DNA from: Mobula hypostoma
Taxonomy: Eukaryota
Reading direction: 5' to 3'
Assembly (NCBI RefSeq): GCF_963921235.1
Contig: NC_086108.1
Coordinates: forward strand, 66,094,001-66,158,000
DNA: 64,000 nucleotides
Of the stretch, positions 36,702 through 51,005 are shown one piece after another. The position numbers were made by a program, and so were the translations under genes. Below the pieces are notes generated by a model. That model made no database searches. It saw only the letters and a program-made list of their open reading frames with translations, and was not told where the DNA came from. The number at the start of each line of letters is the position of its first letter. The stretch's first letter is position 1.

Positions 36702-37005
36702 ATGGAAGCATACAGGACGGAAGTAGGCCATTCGGCCTATAGTGTCTGCGCTGATCAGCAAGATCATTAATCCGCTTTTATTTTTCTCACATTCCCATCA
36801 ATTTCCTCCAGATTCTACAACACACACTAAGCAAAACTTGTAATAGCCATCCCTCGGGTCTTTTTTTTTTGCCGGAGCACCCAGGGGAAACCCACGCAGT
36901 CACGGGGAGAAAGTGCAAACTTCACACACAGAGCAGCGTAGGTCAGTCAGGATTGAATGCAGGTCGCTGGAGCTGGCAGCAGCTTACCGGATGCGACATT
37001 TATGC
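36702..37005 (-). mobile_element. tRNA-derived SINE with CR1-like tail
   Basis: CCGGAGCACCCAGGGGAAACCCACGCAGTCACGGGGAGAAAGTGCAAACT core plus GGCCATTCGGCC tail. Confidence 0.65.
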
Positions 37006-39811
37006 CTCCTTGTTTTTGGGATACAGTATTTAGAACCCTGCTGATCATTCTGAGATCTGAGATTGACTTAACCTTTCAACCCACAAAGAGATTCTTCCAA
37101 CTGTAATTCCTACCAGTCCTTTGGGCGAAACCTTTATCCTGGTTTTGTTTGGTTCAATATAACGACTTCACCTGCAAAGTAAGCACAGGCCCATTACTAC
37201 CAGAATTGTACGGACCCACGTTCCTTTCCTCTTCTTCGGAAAGGCAACGGCACTTTCCGTGTGTTTTCCCATGTGCTCAACGAGGAAAGAGCAGCTTATC
37301 GTATTTTAGGGAAAAAGTGTGTTTAAAACAAATGAAAATGCATGATATAAGTTGAATTTCATCAAACATGGTAAGAATAAAAACAATGTTCTTACATTTT
37401 CTGCCAAATGGACCTAATAAGTTTAGCGGACTCGTTTTGTAAATATGCGCAGACTGTTTATACAGCAACATAACACTTGAATGTATAGTTTTAGTAAAAA
37501 CAACTTCTGCGGGGGGAGGGGGGAGGGGGGCGGGGAGATCCTGCCATCGAAATCCTAGGACTGCTGAGGTGCAGCTGCTGCACAGAAAAGAGATGCTTGC
37601 TGATTATATTAAGAAAATTATTTCCAAAAGAAAGACGATTCCAATTTTTTTTTTAGGTTTCATTTTAACCCTTCGCATAAATCAATTTCGCCCACTTGCA
37701 TTGTATCATCGAACGGGCTTTATTCTTGAATTTCTCATCTTCTGGATTTAAGTCTGGAATAAGTTCAAGGAGCTATTAATGTTTTGATTAAAAATACTCA
37801 TGATAACGGAGATTGAGATTTTACGCAAGCCTCATATCCAGGGTTGTTGTCACGCAAACACAACATAGTATGTTTAAACTCGAATATTCAAACTTACAGT
37901 GTACAACTGCAATTACACATACAGTATACTTACATAGGTTCACATAGACAAACCGGCAGCTCTTACACATCTCATTTTTAAGGACCTTTTATTTAACAGT
38001 GTACTTCAACCCCATCACCAACTTTACTTTTATATATACTTTAATAAACATTAAATGACACATTATCCGAAAGTAATTCTCTACTCCATTTGCAGTGTTA
38101 AGGAGAAATGTTTTCTTTCTGACTTTTTTTTATATCTCTGATCATCCTTTACTAACTACCAAAAGGCGCTATTAAAATCTCATCATTTCCATCTGACCAA
38201 CCAGGATCACACATGGCGAAATTATGTTTTTTTCCAGAAACTTTTCAACGCCTAGTAAATATAGCCTCATTTCAGATGTCCTATACAATTTTCAGAGGTA
38301 CCGCACGATAACAGGTCCTTCCGGCCTAACGAGCCTTATGTCGAATTCGTTATTATTAATTGCATGGAAAATGTCTTTTTAGCAGCATATGGTACCCTTT
38401 TCGGAAAAGTGATCCAGGGAATCGGGAAATAGGTGAGCTGTGCTTTTATCTTGTACTTCTTTTCGTCTCCTTTTCTGTGGATCCAAAGTTTAGACATAGT
38501 CGCAGTGAAATAATAGCTCGACTTCTGGAGCCAGGTTGTCCGCCGCTAATGTTACCTCTGCCTTTCTTTCCTTACTGATCTGTATTTACTGTTCTATATT
38601 ATTTTCCCACACTCCCACGCCTCCTCGTGAATTTTATGTGCTTCTTGTAACGCCCAATCATGGATAGTTAATGCATATGATAATTAATCGCTAATATATC
38701 CGACCATTGGAAATATATGCGCGTTGATTTCTTCTGCTGAAGAGTCTCGCGTGGAATATTCCCCTTTCCATCCTTGTCTTTTCCCTGACAGATGTTGAGT
38801 TACCTGCTACACAGTTCCTGCAATTCAGCTCTCAATTTTCATTTCACTCTTCTACGCATTTTTAATAAAATTAAATCCCAAAGATCCCTCCCTATACTAA
38901 TACAAACACGTCAGAAGATGCTGAGGCAATTAAATATATTCTTCAGTGCTGCTGGAGTTATGGACTTTTTGTTTACTTAAATTACTATTTAAGTATGTAT
39001 TCTTCTATGTATTCTTATCCTGATAGTTGTAAAGCGCCCGAAAATGGAAACTCGTGCAGTACTACTCGTCTGCTACACTGACAAATATGTCAACTCTTGG
39101 ATGTGATGACAAATCTTCGGTTTACCCACGTGGAAGTAAGAAAAGCACTACTTGGGAGCCGGGCAAGGAAATCATTCGTAACACTCAATCAACGTCGCTA
39201 AAAGGATTATCTAGTTATTCGGACAAAGCTGTTGGCGGAAGCTTGCTGCGTGCAACTTGACTGTCGCAAACCAAATGGTTCACTAGGATTTCACGTCAAA
39301 GATATTTTATTAGCCATTTGGTCGTACATCACTCCCGAATGTCTCGAAGTCACCAAATGGTGGTCTTCTAATCCACTGTTTTGCTTACATCCACCAGGAT
39401 AATGGGACCAAAAGACTTCCAAACATACGCATCGAGTCAGAGTACAAATTTTCTCAAACCCGTGCTTTCGTAAAGATTGTACAACGGAAGGCGATCAAAC
39501 TACATAGTAACATGCACAACGTGTAACTCAAAATCCGCCCTTTTAATCCAAAAGTCTAAATCAATTGTTGGAATTCATAAGGCGAATATAGTCCTTGTTT
39601 TTTTTTATTACGGTTATTAGACGTCAAGAATTAGTTGATAAAAGTATACGCCAATTTCTAGGGCATCAATAAATATTTCAGCTAATATTGAGATCCCCAG
39701 CAACACTGAGATGACAAATAAGCTGTCGATAGTTTGAAACCTTACCCACTTTCCCCAAAGGACGCCGTGTCTTATTGAAGTTTCTAGCGAATCATATTTT
39801 TCATTTAAAAT

Positions 39812-39978
39812 GAAAAATGCTGGAAGTGTTCAGCAAGTCAGCCCGTTACCGCGGAGAAGAGAGATATTTGCGGTCAGAATTGAAAGGATAACCCAGTTTC
39901 TTTATCCACAAATGCTGTCTGATTTGCTGAATATTCCCAGGATTTTCTTTTTTGCGTTATCCAAGTTTTCCAGCATTT
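39812..39978 (+). mobile_element. Old fold-back PLE-derived short element
   Basis: Inverted arms GAAAAATGCTGGAAGTGTTCAGCAAGTCAG / CTGATTTGCTGAATATTCCCAGGATTTTC followed by a TTTCCAGCAT tail. Confidence 0.55.
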
Positions 39979-42900
39979 TCCTTTCTAGTTGCTGTATTTA
40001 TTGAAATTAAATCTTTGTTTAGGCAACGCAATCTTATTTAATCGTCCTGAGTTAAAGTGGAAGTATGGTATGCGATGCGCATTGTGAACGTTCATAAAGA
40101 CCACATGTCCATGGAACTCTTTCGAACACCTACCGGGGTATATACCAGCGTAAAAAATATAGCTCTATTCTTATCTGTGCGTTTGCTCATATTTGTATTT
40201 ATGTGGCAAACGTCAATATATGTGCCTACAAGGCTGTGGACAAAAATGCTCCAGATCTGTGATATAGCGATGGAATAACTTCCACTGTTCAGGCAGCATA
40301 ACCCATGGCATTCTGTCAGAAAGAGTATATCACGAACTGGGTATTTTAACTTTGCCTTCGCCAATAGCCGTCGGGCGGCCGAATGTTTCCAGCGCTTTTT
40401 TTAAACCCAAAATTTCGATCTAACTTGTAAAATATCCGTTCCCCCGCGCCTTTTACAAATTTGTGAATTTGCGCATTTTCGTAGGTATAATTGAGGGTAT
40501 CTTGTGCCTGTTAATATGTGTAAATGTCTCTGGAGTGGACGGTTGGTTTTCTATCCTCTACTTGTTTATAACAGTTTTCTCATGAACGATTGTATAAAAG
40601 AGCTGTCTTTTGTGATTCCGAAGGCAAGTCTCCGTGTCGTTGGTATATTTCTACATTTCCAGCTATCGGCTTCTCACCGTTGCGAAATTTAAAAAAAGAT
40701 CCCGATCGGGATCTGTGTCAGGAGGTCAGACAGTTGTGTTTTAGTATCAGTTCCAGTAACCGGAGGAATGGATTAGACTATACGAGCTCTAATCCATTCT
40801 TGGAAACGGCTGACTGTGTGTGGTTCATGCTTGAAAAAAGTCAGCAAACGTGCAGTGTAAGGGCAGAGATATTAACTAAATGACTGAAAGGGTTTAACAT
40901 GTGACCTTCGCAATTACGGTAATTCAACCTGATCGCAGCTGCGGCCGTCTCTTTGAGTAACTGTAGTGATCTTACGACAAAATCTTTCTCAAATAAATTA
41001 GATACGTTTCACTTATTAAAGCGGCCCTATCGGGCTTTACCAATCTGTTCGACAGTTTTAAGTCAGCTAGACCATTAACCGAAACGGAACCGACTAACCA
41101 ATCAGCTTTGCAATAAACTTCGGATACAGTGTTACAATTTTAGTTTCATTGAAAACAAGACTATATCGATTTTTTTATTATTATTCTTCGCGTTTTGCAT
41201 TTTGTCTCTTGTCTGATTCGCCGATGTTTGAAAGAAAATAAGTCTTGGTGATAAAAAACGAAGTGTGCTCTTAAATGACAATCTAAGTCCAGGACCTCCC
41301 TTCATCAAACTGACGTTGCGGCTGTGTTTCCAAGACGATCGGTAAAGTAGATCCTTTGCAGAGTCGAACGGATTTCGCTTTCGAGCGACCACACCATATT
41401 GTTTAAGTTTCTGTAAGAGGAGAAGCGATTTAACTCCGAATACTTTTCTGAAGCCCCATACTTCCTTCTGCATTAATTTCATCTGAACATATTATCCATC
41501 CGCTGTCAGGTTTCTCAACTATCATGCATTCGAACAAAATAAAAGAATTATTTTTGGAATTTAGTGGTCACTAATCAGAAATTCACAAAACCATTTGATA
41601 AGACTATATGGCCAATGCATAGATATTACCCGTACGCAAATAAGATAGATAATATGATGTATACACGTATTCTTAATACAATACGAGAAATAGCAACATA
41701 TATGGTAGTTGGTTTTCTCGCCTGAACTACATCTACAGCATTAACAGCAAGCGGGTGCAGCAAATCAAACATCGCTGAACACATCCCAGACAGCAAGAAA
41801 TAACACGTGGCCTAGTTGTGATATATTGCGGAAATGATGCTACATTCAAAATTGTGCTGATCAGTTGTCGCTTTGTCAAAAACATCGGACACCGCAACAG
41901 AAATGATTCGAGGAATTTTTTGGTTAACTATCGGCACTCGATGCATCTTCCCTTTCCCAGTTAATAGTCTTTGGTTCTCAGTTCACGAGATTATCTTTTA
42001 AAAACAAGACACAATGAAACAAACCTTACCTTTACGTAACGAGCGAAACTTATTTTTAATCATCGCACGGCGCGGCGTGTAACGTTGCCACTACTTACAT
42101 TACGAAATTGCATCACCACTTCAAAACGACCCGTGTCTACTTTTTCACCAATATTAATGATTCTATCGGAGAATATGCCGGAGCGGTTGCTTTTAATAGC
42201 GTCAATATCACTTAAATGAAATGCTTGCCCAGGTTACAAAAGTTGATAGTATCTAATACTCAAATCCCCGAATAGACACCTTCGTGCGTCCTCATTAGGC
42301 CGAGGTTCAACATCTGACAAACGCCAAATGTCACCTCGTGTTTTTCGTTGAGGAGTGTAGTTGCCATCCCGCTCCGTGAACCTAAAACCCTTAATGAGTT
42401 TTTTCTCTCTCCACAGGCCCGGGCTGTAATTCACAACACGTTTCAAGCAAATGAACACCGTTCGAACTTATTGCAGACCCGACCCCGTATTTTGATTTAT
42501 TGCCACCCCCATTCACTTCTAAAGGGGCCAGCACATAGACATACTTTCGCCGTATTTAAAATATAACATTCACTGAGTGGGTAGCTGGGAAGGGCGGAGG
42601 GACTGCGGTTATATAATTAAACTTTTTCTGTTGCACGGACCCCGACGTGGAGCAGATAGGGGTGAAGTGGGGAGCAGAACCAGAAAGGGTTAAATTCAGA
42701 AAATTCAGAAATTCAGAAACATTGAGTTGCACTGCCAAAGAAAACTATTTAAGCTGCGCAGGGGAAAAAACGACGTGGTTTTACAGAAATAAACGCAATC
42801 CAATGACTGAGGTCAATAGTGCAAACTTTTTAAGACTAATGTTTATTTAGAAGAGTGATTGGTGTCTGCCTCGCTTTACTTGTGCCCCTGTGCCTGGATT

Positions 42901-44669
42901 CTAATAACTTTTCCAGATGCGCGCACAACAGCCAATGCAATAGCACGGCCTGCCAAAGCTAGCGTAAACTCCTATCAACATCTATCACTAACCAGTTGTA
43001 GCACTCAAAAACGCATGTATCATTCTGCTCGTTACTCCCTTCCCTGAGAAATAGTGGTTGAGATTAATTCCCTCGTGAAGAAAACAACTGAGTGATTTCT
43101 TAAAAAGAAAACATCCGGATTTTATTTTGCTGTGATATTTTATTGCCTGAAAATTATAAGGTATTAATCAACGCTTTTGCAAGAATATAAAAAAACCCAG
43201 ATAAGAACTGAACCGTTGAATTCCCCCAAGCCGGGCAATACGGAGGCTCGATGAATTCTTTCGAGCCAGAAAAAACAAAGAGAACAACTTCTAACCAAAT
43301 GCCTTCGAATGTTATTGAATATAAAGCCAGGGGGACATAAATCGCCATTACCGCCAGTAAAAAAAAAGTCGCTCCTTATTAAGTGAAATGGAATCCCGGT
43401 GCTTCGACAGGCGAAAAGTTCAAAGTAAACTAATAACTCATATCATTCAAATACTCTATGAAGCATCTCCGACTAGTAAGCATATACACTCTGTGATTTT
43501 TTATTCCATTTCTTGATGCTATGTTGTTGAATACTTTTGCCTTTTCTCCCAGATGCCAACCGGCTGCGCCTGTCTTTAACCTGCCCATATTGAGGTTTAC
43601 AGTCTTACCTCTCTACATTAACTGTGCTTTCAATCCACAACGGCTGCCCGGCCTGGGGTGATTCAATGATTCATTTCTCTCCTGTCATTCTGCGCCAGCG
43701 GTCCGAGTACATTTTCGCTGCATGTTTTGTTTCTTTATAATTCCTGGTGGAGACATTTATTTTTGTTTGTACAACTGGAAAAACCATCGGAATCTTTCTT
43801 TTCTTAAAAAAAAATGGCCACGGGGTCGGGGGTGTCCAGTTCTCTTTAACTCAACTACGATTTACAATCTTACTTTAAAAAAAAACAAACCGCTCATTAC
43901 CTTTCTGCGGTTTCATTCTTTAGTGGTCCGAGAATGAGAACTCGCTGAAAATATAAACGTTAGGCCGATGTTTGTGGGGTCTCCCAAAGGGTAGAGGGCA
44001 ATCTTTCGGGTCCACGCTCTATTGGCGACCTTCCTCCTGCATTGGCGAACGCTTGGCCTATGCTACAGTTTGATGTTAAGATAAAAATCCCTTTTCAGTA
44101 CTAGACTGGGGGGGAAAAATAAGCGTGTAGCTATGAGTCAAATGCTTTTCATTCAATTAAACGTTTGCTGGAGGTAATTCTTCCTAACAAAAATATTACA
44201 TCATGGCTTTGGGTTGTTTTCCTTTCATGGGAAATAACATTGCAACATTCTCCTCAATAAGTAAGATCAAAATGTTCATGAAGCATTCGTTTTGACAAAA
44301 TTATATTCACAACACATTCGCGTTGGCTTTAATTTATTCAAAAAATTCAAGGGTTAAATTTTAAATAAGAATGCAAACAGCCATGGCCAGTCTGAACTTT
44401 TGGAAAACAAAATTTACAGAGCTGGTAGTGGCCTGAGGACCTGGTGTAGAATTAAAGCTCCAGCAAGAGAAACACTTCCCGCTGCCATTTTAAAAGGAAT
44501 CAGCTGCTGTGTAATCCAAACACCAAAGCTTTTCAGGCAAAAACCTATGTAAATAAAAGTAAATGGTGCTTGAATCTTAGTTCAGGATGGTAATGGTGGA
44601 GTGTTAGCAGGTCTTCTCGAATTACAATGGTGGCCTGCAAACCATGATCATCACCAATGCAGCCACCAC

Positions 44670-44956
44670 CATGGGGTTCCCAACCATCCTTATGTGATAT
44701 TCCTCCTCATGCCTTACGGCACATCGGCCAACACCCTTGCCATTTCTTTGGCATTTTATCTGTTTTTACAAGGCTATGCTGCTAGATCGATGCTCAACCA
44801 AGCACGGATGGAAAGTGTGCCAGGATCTGGCTAGATTTGAACCAGGACCGCTCGCCTTGAAGTGTGGCGCTGATGCCACTACACCACTGGCTGGCCAACC
44901 ATTCTTATGCCATGGGCCAAGCTTGGGGTTCGTGGCCTTCAGGTTGGGAACCCCTG
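44670..44956. mobile_element. hAT-like MITE containing a SINE
   Basis: TIRs GGGGTTCCCAACC / GGTTGGGAACCCC. Confidence 0.65.
44695..44894 (-). mobile_element. tRNA-derived SINE
   Basis: Minus strand A box TGGTGTAGTGG and B box GGTTCAAATCT; 15-bp TSD CCAACCAT(C/T)CTTATG at 44680-44694 and 44895-44909. Confidence 0.75.
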
Positions 44957-45059
44957 ACATTGTAAACAGGCAAGGCTGAGTTATTGTCCCTGGACTAATC
45001 TTTCCATGCTGCAATATTTCAACTAATCTCCAATAAGCTTCCTGCTGGGGTGGAGCTAA

Positions 45060-45720
45060 TTGACAAGACAAAAGAGAAACTATTCTATATAGCTCCACTC
45101 AGATTCAAGGTGTCTGCAACCTCAGGACATGAGTTGTTCTGTGCTAATGAAGCTTCATTAAGTATGTGCTCAAACGTGGGGCTCCAGTCACATGAACTCA
45201 TTCACTGATACTTATGGGAATACCAAACTTGCAAAACAAAGATCCTCTCTCAGCCTCTCCCCACTATGTAACTCTGACTCCATACCTTCAGTGCACTAGC
45301 ACAGCCTTTGGCTGTCTGGCAAAAAGCAGTTTCTGAGAACAATAGCTCAAATTTGGTACTAAGATCATAATCTACCTGATGACATTGATACCACTCGTAC
45401 GCTTCAGAGAAAGGACTACCTGGAACAGATGCCTCAAAGTCCCAGAAAGATGTCACATTTCGAACCCTCCTTTCATCCCAAACCCTCCTTTCAAAATTGT
45501 AACCTCGCTACCAATTCTTGGAAATTCCTGGCCCATGACATAAATGGTGAATGCGTACACAGCATGGCAATGGGGCCGGCAGTCTCATTGTCAGAAGTAC
45601 ACAGATGCTCGGCAGAAAGGATCCATACTTTCAAAGCTACCCAGCCTCCATTCCATCAGGCTGCTTCTGCCCCACCTGTGGATAGCTCATCTTACTCCTC
45701 AGAATCCACTGTAAGCAGTA
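45060..45720 (+). mobile_element. Degenerate RTE-clade LINE 3' fragment
   Basis: KPSFQNCNLATNSWKFLAHD resembles the RTE C-terminus; terminal FCPTCG...HC remnant. Confidence 0.55.
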
Positions 45721-47824
45721 AAAAGCAATGTCATTATCAGCTGTGAAAACAAAAAAAAACTTTAGAAGAAGAAGGAGACAAAAACTGAACAGGAGAACTG
45801 CAGAAATTCGGGATAGGTAAGATCCTTTTAACTTTTTTGTCACTCCACTCAGGCTCTCCTTGAGGCCATTAGGTGTCTGAATCCAATGAACTTCATCAGG
45901 ATGTTAATTTGCTATCACTAGCTTTTTGCTTCCAGATTGGCTGATGTGTTGGAATACCCTGTAGGATGGTCTCCAAACAATTAAAAAGCAACACTGCCGT
46001 AGTGCTGACTTTGGTGGGATGAAAAATCGATGAAATTTGAAAGATAGCTAATCAAATACCCTCCAAATTTTCTCTCTATATTAAGTGAATGGGAAAGTTG
46101 GGTGAGAAGCAAATGGATAATGAATTCATATAATCACCCATACTTCAAAAAGGTTGGAATTTCTACCAACCAGGAATTTCTATTAACCGGGAATCAGGCC
46201 ACAATGTCCCGTCTATTGCAAAGAATCCTATAGTGTGCATAGGACTTAGCTGGTGCTTTTTATAGAATGTAACTCTCTCCCACTTGCACAGAAGAAGATT
46301 TCACATTAACATTATTAAATAGTTAATGGCCCACCATTCCACACACATATATTAGGTACATTCTGCTCAAAGTAAAATGAAACATTGAAATAAAATGTTC
46401 ACATTTTGATATTGTCTTTACACTAATTAATGAAAAAGAACAGTAGTTGTCACCTAAGGCAATTGAAAATAGGAATTAAGTCACTACTTCAGGCTTCTGA
46501 AAAAAAATTTGTCCTGATTTGATACTTAATATTATTTTTTAGAATGTGTTTATTATAGCTGAGGTGGCCTGAACTTCTCGTAGGTATAGACATAATCTAC
46601 AAATAAAATAAGGGGCAACCTATCCTGCTTAAGCTCTGTTTAATGTTAAACAGTGTCCCAAACTAATCAATAGAAACCCAGGAATTAAAGTTGAAAATCT
46701 ATTTCTTTGTTGCTAGATCATATTCCACGTGCAAGTAATGACAGCGAAATGTTGTTCTTCTACAAGTCTATGTTTGAACTTAGAATAAAATGAAACTCTA
46801 AAGATCTGCTTATCCCGCAATGATTGGCAAGGTGTATTGTATGGCACTTGATGAGAAGGCTTAAGCTTTCTTTTGTCCAAGAACATTTAAAGAGTATAAT
46901 GTGAGAGAATCCAGGCTGCACAATTCGTATTTAGTTTGCTCCAACGATGATACAACCTCTTGAAATTCGGCAGATTTAAGGACCTATAGGCACCATTCAA
47001 GTGCACGTTCTTTTATTTTGTAGTTAATAACAGGGTGAAGTAATTGAAAACCTGAATTGGGACAACACATGCTAGACAGAGCTGCTGTGCATTATTAGCC
47101 TAATAGCACATGAGTCTCCACATTATATTTGAAATGTGTGAAATCTGCAGGATTTCAGATTGGAGAAGAGTATAATTATACACCAAAGACCAATCAGTCA
47201 AATAAAACATTCAATCTAGTAAATATAAAACACTCTCCTTTGTGCCTTTGAAGTACTTAAAAAATTACAGAGGCAAAATCCCAGGTTAGAAAGGTTATTG
47301 AAACTGGAATACATGGTGATAAAATACAAAAATCAATCACTAACCCTAAAATATTGTTGATGCTTCAATCAAAAGCAATTTTCCTAATACTAGAGTCCAA
47401 TTTGATTATTAGTATAGGTACTGTGCAAAAATAATGACTAATATGTGAACCTAAAACTTTTCTGTTAATTTTCTCCTCACTTTCACTTTGACTCATTGCT
47501 GATAATCTAACAATTGTTCTCCAGCTTTTGACTGATATCATTCATGTTCAGTTATTACTTGCATGTTTTGACAGACAGAAAGTTCTCCCATGTTAAGGAA
47601 GGGCTAGAAGTAGAGAAGATTGGGAGTGGTGGAATGCTGTTGTAGTTAACGTCTGTCACCTTTTCTTTCACCTTTTCTACATTAGCTAATATTTTCATGG
47701 GGATCATAGGTTATCAAAAATTCAGGGCAAGACAGTGTCCAACAGACAGTCACCAAATACAATTATATTATCCAACTACAAGCCAAGCTAAGATCAGCCT
47801 TTTCAATATACTGTAACTAGAGTA

Positions 47825-48460
47825 ACACGTATAAAATGCTGGCGGGAACTCAGCAGGTCAGGTAGCCTCTACGGAAATGAAAAAGCAGTTGATGTCTCGG
47901 GCTGAGACCCTTCATCAGGACTGGAAAGGAAAGGGGAAGAAGCTGGAATAAGAAGGTTGGGAGAGGGAAGGGGAGATGAAATAAGAAGCTGGGAGGTGAT
48001 AAATAGAAAAAGCAAAGGGCTGGAGATGAAGGAAAATGATAGGAGAGGAGAGTGGATCATGGGAGAAAGGGAAGCTGCAGGGACAACAAGGGGGAGGTGA
48101 TAGGCAGCTGAGGAGAAGAGGTAAGAGGCCAGAGTGGGGAAATGAAGAATAGGGAAGGGAGAAGGGAAAAAAATTACCATGTGTTGGAGAAAATGGATAT
48201 TCATGCCTTCAGGTTGGTGGCTTTGTGGATGAAATATGAGGTGCTGCCTCTCCAGACTGAGAGAGGTCTCATCATGACAGAGGAGGATGTCATGAGCTGA
48301 CAAGCCGGAATAAGATTGGGGATTGGATTTAAAATAGTTTGCCATTGGGAAATTCTGCTTTTTGTAGGTACTGCTGAGGTGCTCGACAAAGTGGTCCTCC
48401 ATTCTACGTTGGATCTCATCAGTGTAAAGCAGGCCACAAACTGAGCCCTGGATGCAGTAG
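47825..48460 (-). mobile_element. Older PLE fragment (GIY-YIG plus pLTR)
   Basis: ORF 47869-48402 is homologous to the GIY-YIG C-half; hammerhead with a GAGA mutation at ~47886-47922. Confidence 0.8.
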
Positions 48461-49153
48461 TAGACCCTAACATCTCAGCAATACCTGTCTGTCCACCTAT
48501 TTTTGTGCTGTCTGCAAACTTGGCCACAAACCCATCAACTCTGCCATCCAAATCAGTGACATAGAATGTGAAAAGAGGTGGTCCTAACACCAGTCCCTGT
48601 GGAACACCACTAGTCACTGGAAGCTAAACATAAAGTCCCCCTTCATTCACACACTTTGCCTCCTACCAATCAGCCAATTTTCTATCCATCCTCGTATCAT
48701 TCCTGTAATACTATGAGCTCTTGTTATGCAGCCTCGTGTGTGGTACCTTGTCAAAAAGGCCTTCTGAAAAACCAATTAAACAACATCCATCAACTCTCCT
48801 TTGTCTATCTTTCCTGTTATTTCCTCAAAGAATTCTTACAGATTCGTCAGGCAAGATTTTTCCTGAAGGAAACCATGCTGACTTGGGCCTATTTTATTAT
48901 GTGCCTCCAAGTACTCTGAAATCTCATCCTTAATAATGGACTCCAACGTCTTCCCAACCACCGAGGTTAGGCTAACTGGCCTATAATTTTCTTTCTTCTG
49001 TCTCCCTTCCTTCTTTAAAAGTGGAGTGACATCTGCAATTTTCCAGTCCTCTGAATCTAGCGGTTCTTGAAAGATCATTACTAATTCCTCCACAATCTCT
49101 TCAGCTACCTCTTTCAGAATCATGGGGTGCAGTCTATCTGGTCCAGGTGATTT
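48461..49153 (-). mobile_element. CR1 LINE RT fragment
   Basis: KSPGPDRLHP...NYRPVSLTSVVGK; SGVPQGLVLGP...FADSTK. Confidence 0.85.
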
Positions 49154-50720
49154 CAAAATTCAAAGTAAATTTATTATAAAATTACATACATGTCGCCATA
49201 TACAACCCTGAGATTCATTTTCTTGCGGACATACTCAATCAATAAGTCCACAATAGAATAATAACTATAATAGAATCATTGAAAAAGCACACCAGCTGGG
49301 CATTCAGCCAGTGTACAAAAGACAACAAACTGTGCAAGTACAAAAATAAAGAAAGAATAGTACTAAACAAATAAGCAATACATTTTGAGAACATGAGATG
49401 AAGAGCCATTGAAAGTGAGTCCATGGTTTTCGGGAACATTTCAGTGATGGTGCAAGTGAGGTTGAGTGAGGTTATTCCATTTGGTCCAAGATGCTGATGG
49501 TTGAGGGGTAATAACTGTTCCTGAACCTGGTACTGTGAATCCTGTGGCTCTTGAAAGCACACACTCTGCGATTCAGGATCAGCTTCTTACCCTCTGCCAT
49601 ACCATTCCTAATTAGACATTGGACTCATAACACTACCACACGTTTTCTTTTGTATATGATTCCTGTTTTGCACCATTTCTAATCTAACTATTTAATATAC
49701 ATATATATACTTACTGCAAATTAATTTTTTTCTTTCTTCATTATCATGTATTGCATTGATTTGCTGCTGCTAAGTTAACAAAATTCACAACATATGCTGA
49801 TGAAAATAAACCTGATTCTGTTTCTGTACCTTCTTCTTGAAGGCAGCACCAAGAAGAGAGCATGGCCTGGGTGCTGGGGGTCCCTGATGATGGATGCTGC
49901 TTTCCTGCAACAACGATTTATGTAGATATGCTCAGTGATGGGGAGGGCTTTACCTGTGATGGATGGGCTGTATCCTTGACTTTTTGTAGGGTTTTCTATT
50001 CAAGGACATTTGAGTTTCCATACCAGGCTGTCAATATACTCTCCACAACGCATCTATAGAGGTTTGTCAAAGTTTTAGATATCTTCACAAAAATTCCAAG
50101 GAAGTAGAAGTGCTGCCATGGTTTCTTCATAATTGTACTTTTGTGCTGGGCCCAGCAGAGGTCCTCCGAAATGATAACACCAAGGACTTTAAAGTTGCTG
50201 AACCTGTCCGTCTTTGATCCTCTGATGAGGACTGGCTCATGGACTGGTTTCCTTCCCATGAAGTCAATAATCAGCTCCTTATATGCTGATTCATCACTAC
50301 ATTTGATTCTGTCCGCAACAGTGTTGCCATCATGCAACTTGAATATGGCATTGGAGCTGTGCTTAGCCACACAGTTGTAAGTATAAAGTGAGTAGAACAG
50401 GGTCTAAGCACGCAGCCTGTGGTGCACCGGTGCTGATGGAGATTGTGGAGGAGATGTTGTTGCCAATCCAAGCTGACTGGGTCTTAAAGTGAGGAAATCA
50501 AGGACCCAATTGCCGAAGGAAGCAATGAGGTCTTGAAGCTTATTGATTAGTTTCGAGGGGATGATGGGATTGAATGCTGAGCTATAGTCGATAAAGAGCA
50601 CCCTGATGTATGCAGCTTTGCTGTCCAGATGTTCCAGGGTTGAATGAAGAGCCAATGAGATGGCATCTGCTGTTGATCTGATGCACTGGAAAGCAAACTG
50701 GAGAGAATCCAGTTTGCTTC
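49154..50720 (-). mobile_element. Rex1/Babar LINE RT and 3' UTR, with a nested opposite-strand 3' fragment at 49560-49825
   Basis: LQFAF...STADAISLALHSTLEHLD...LFIDYSSAFN; CVVESILT. Confidence 0.8.
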
Positions 50721-50754
50721 TACATACCTTCAGACGTTTTATCTTCCCAAGCAC

Positions 50755-51005
50755 ATCTGCCTATCACCCCCCTTTCTCCCATGATGCACTCTCCTCTCCT
50801 GTCAGATTCTTTCTTCTCCAGACCTTGCTTCAACCCCCTCCCCCACCCATCTGGCTTCCCCTATCACCTTCTAGCTTGTCCTCCTCCTCTTCCCCCACCT
50901 TCTTGTCCCCCTTCTTTTCCAGTTCTGATGAAGGGTCTTGCCCCGAAACGTCATCTGTTCATTTATTTCCATAGATTTTGTTGCTCTGAATTTCTACCAT
51001 CTGTG
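50755..51005 (+). mobile_element. Older PLE pLTR fragment with hammerhead core
   Basis: CTGATGA-AGGGTCTTGCCCC-GAAA-CGTC at 50925-50952. Confidence 0.7.

Noticed and set aside
37511..37535. G-quadruplex/GC-box-like G runs
   Set aside because: Low-complexity tract with no supporting context
44000..44060. Paired ATTGG (CCAAT) boxes suggesting a second promoter
   Set aside because: No associated exon or ORF visible; motif too short to support a call
44820..44894. tRNA-like A/B boxes
   Set aside because: SINE head flanked by a TSD; not a tRNA gene
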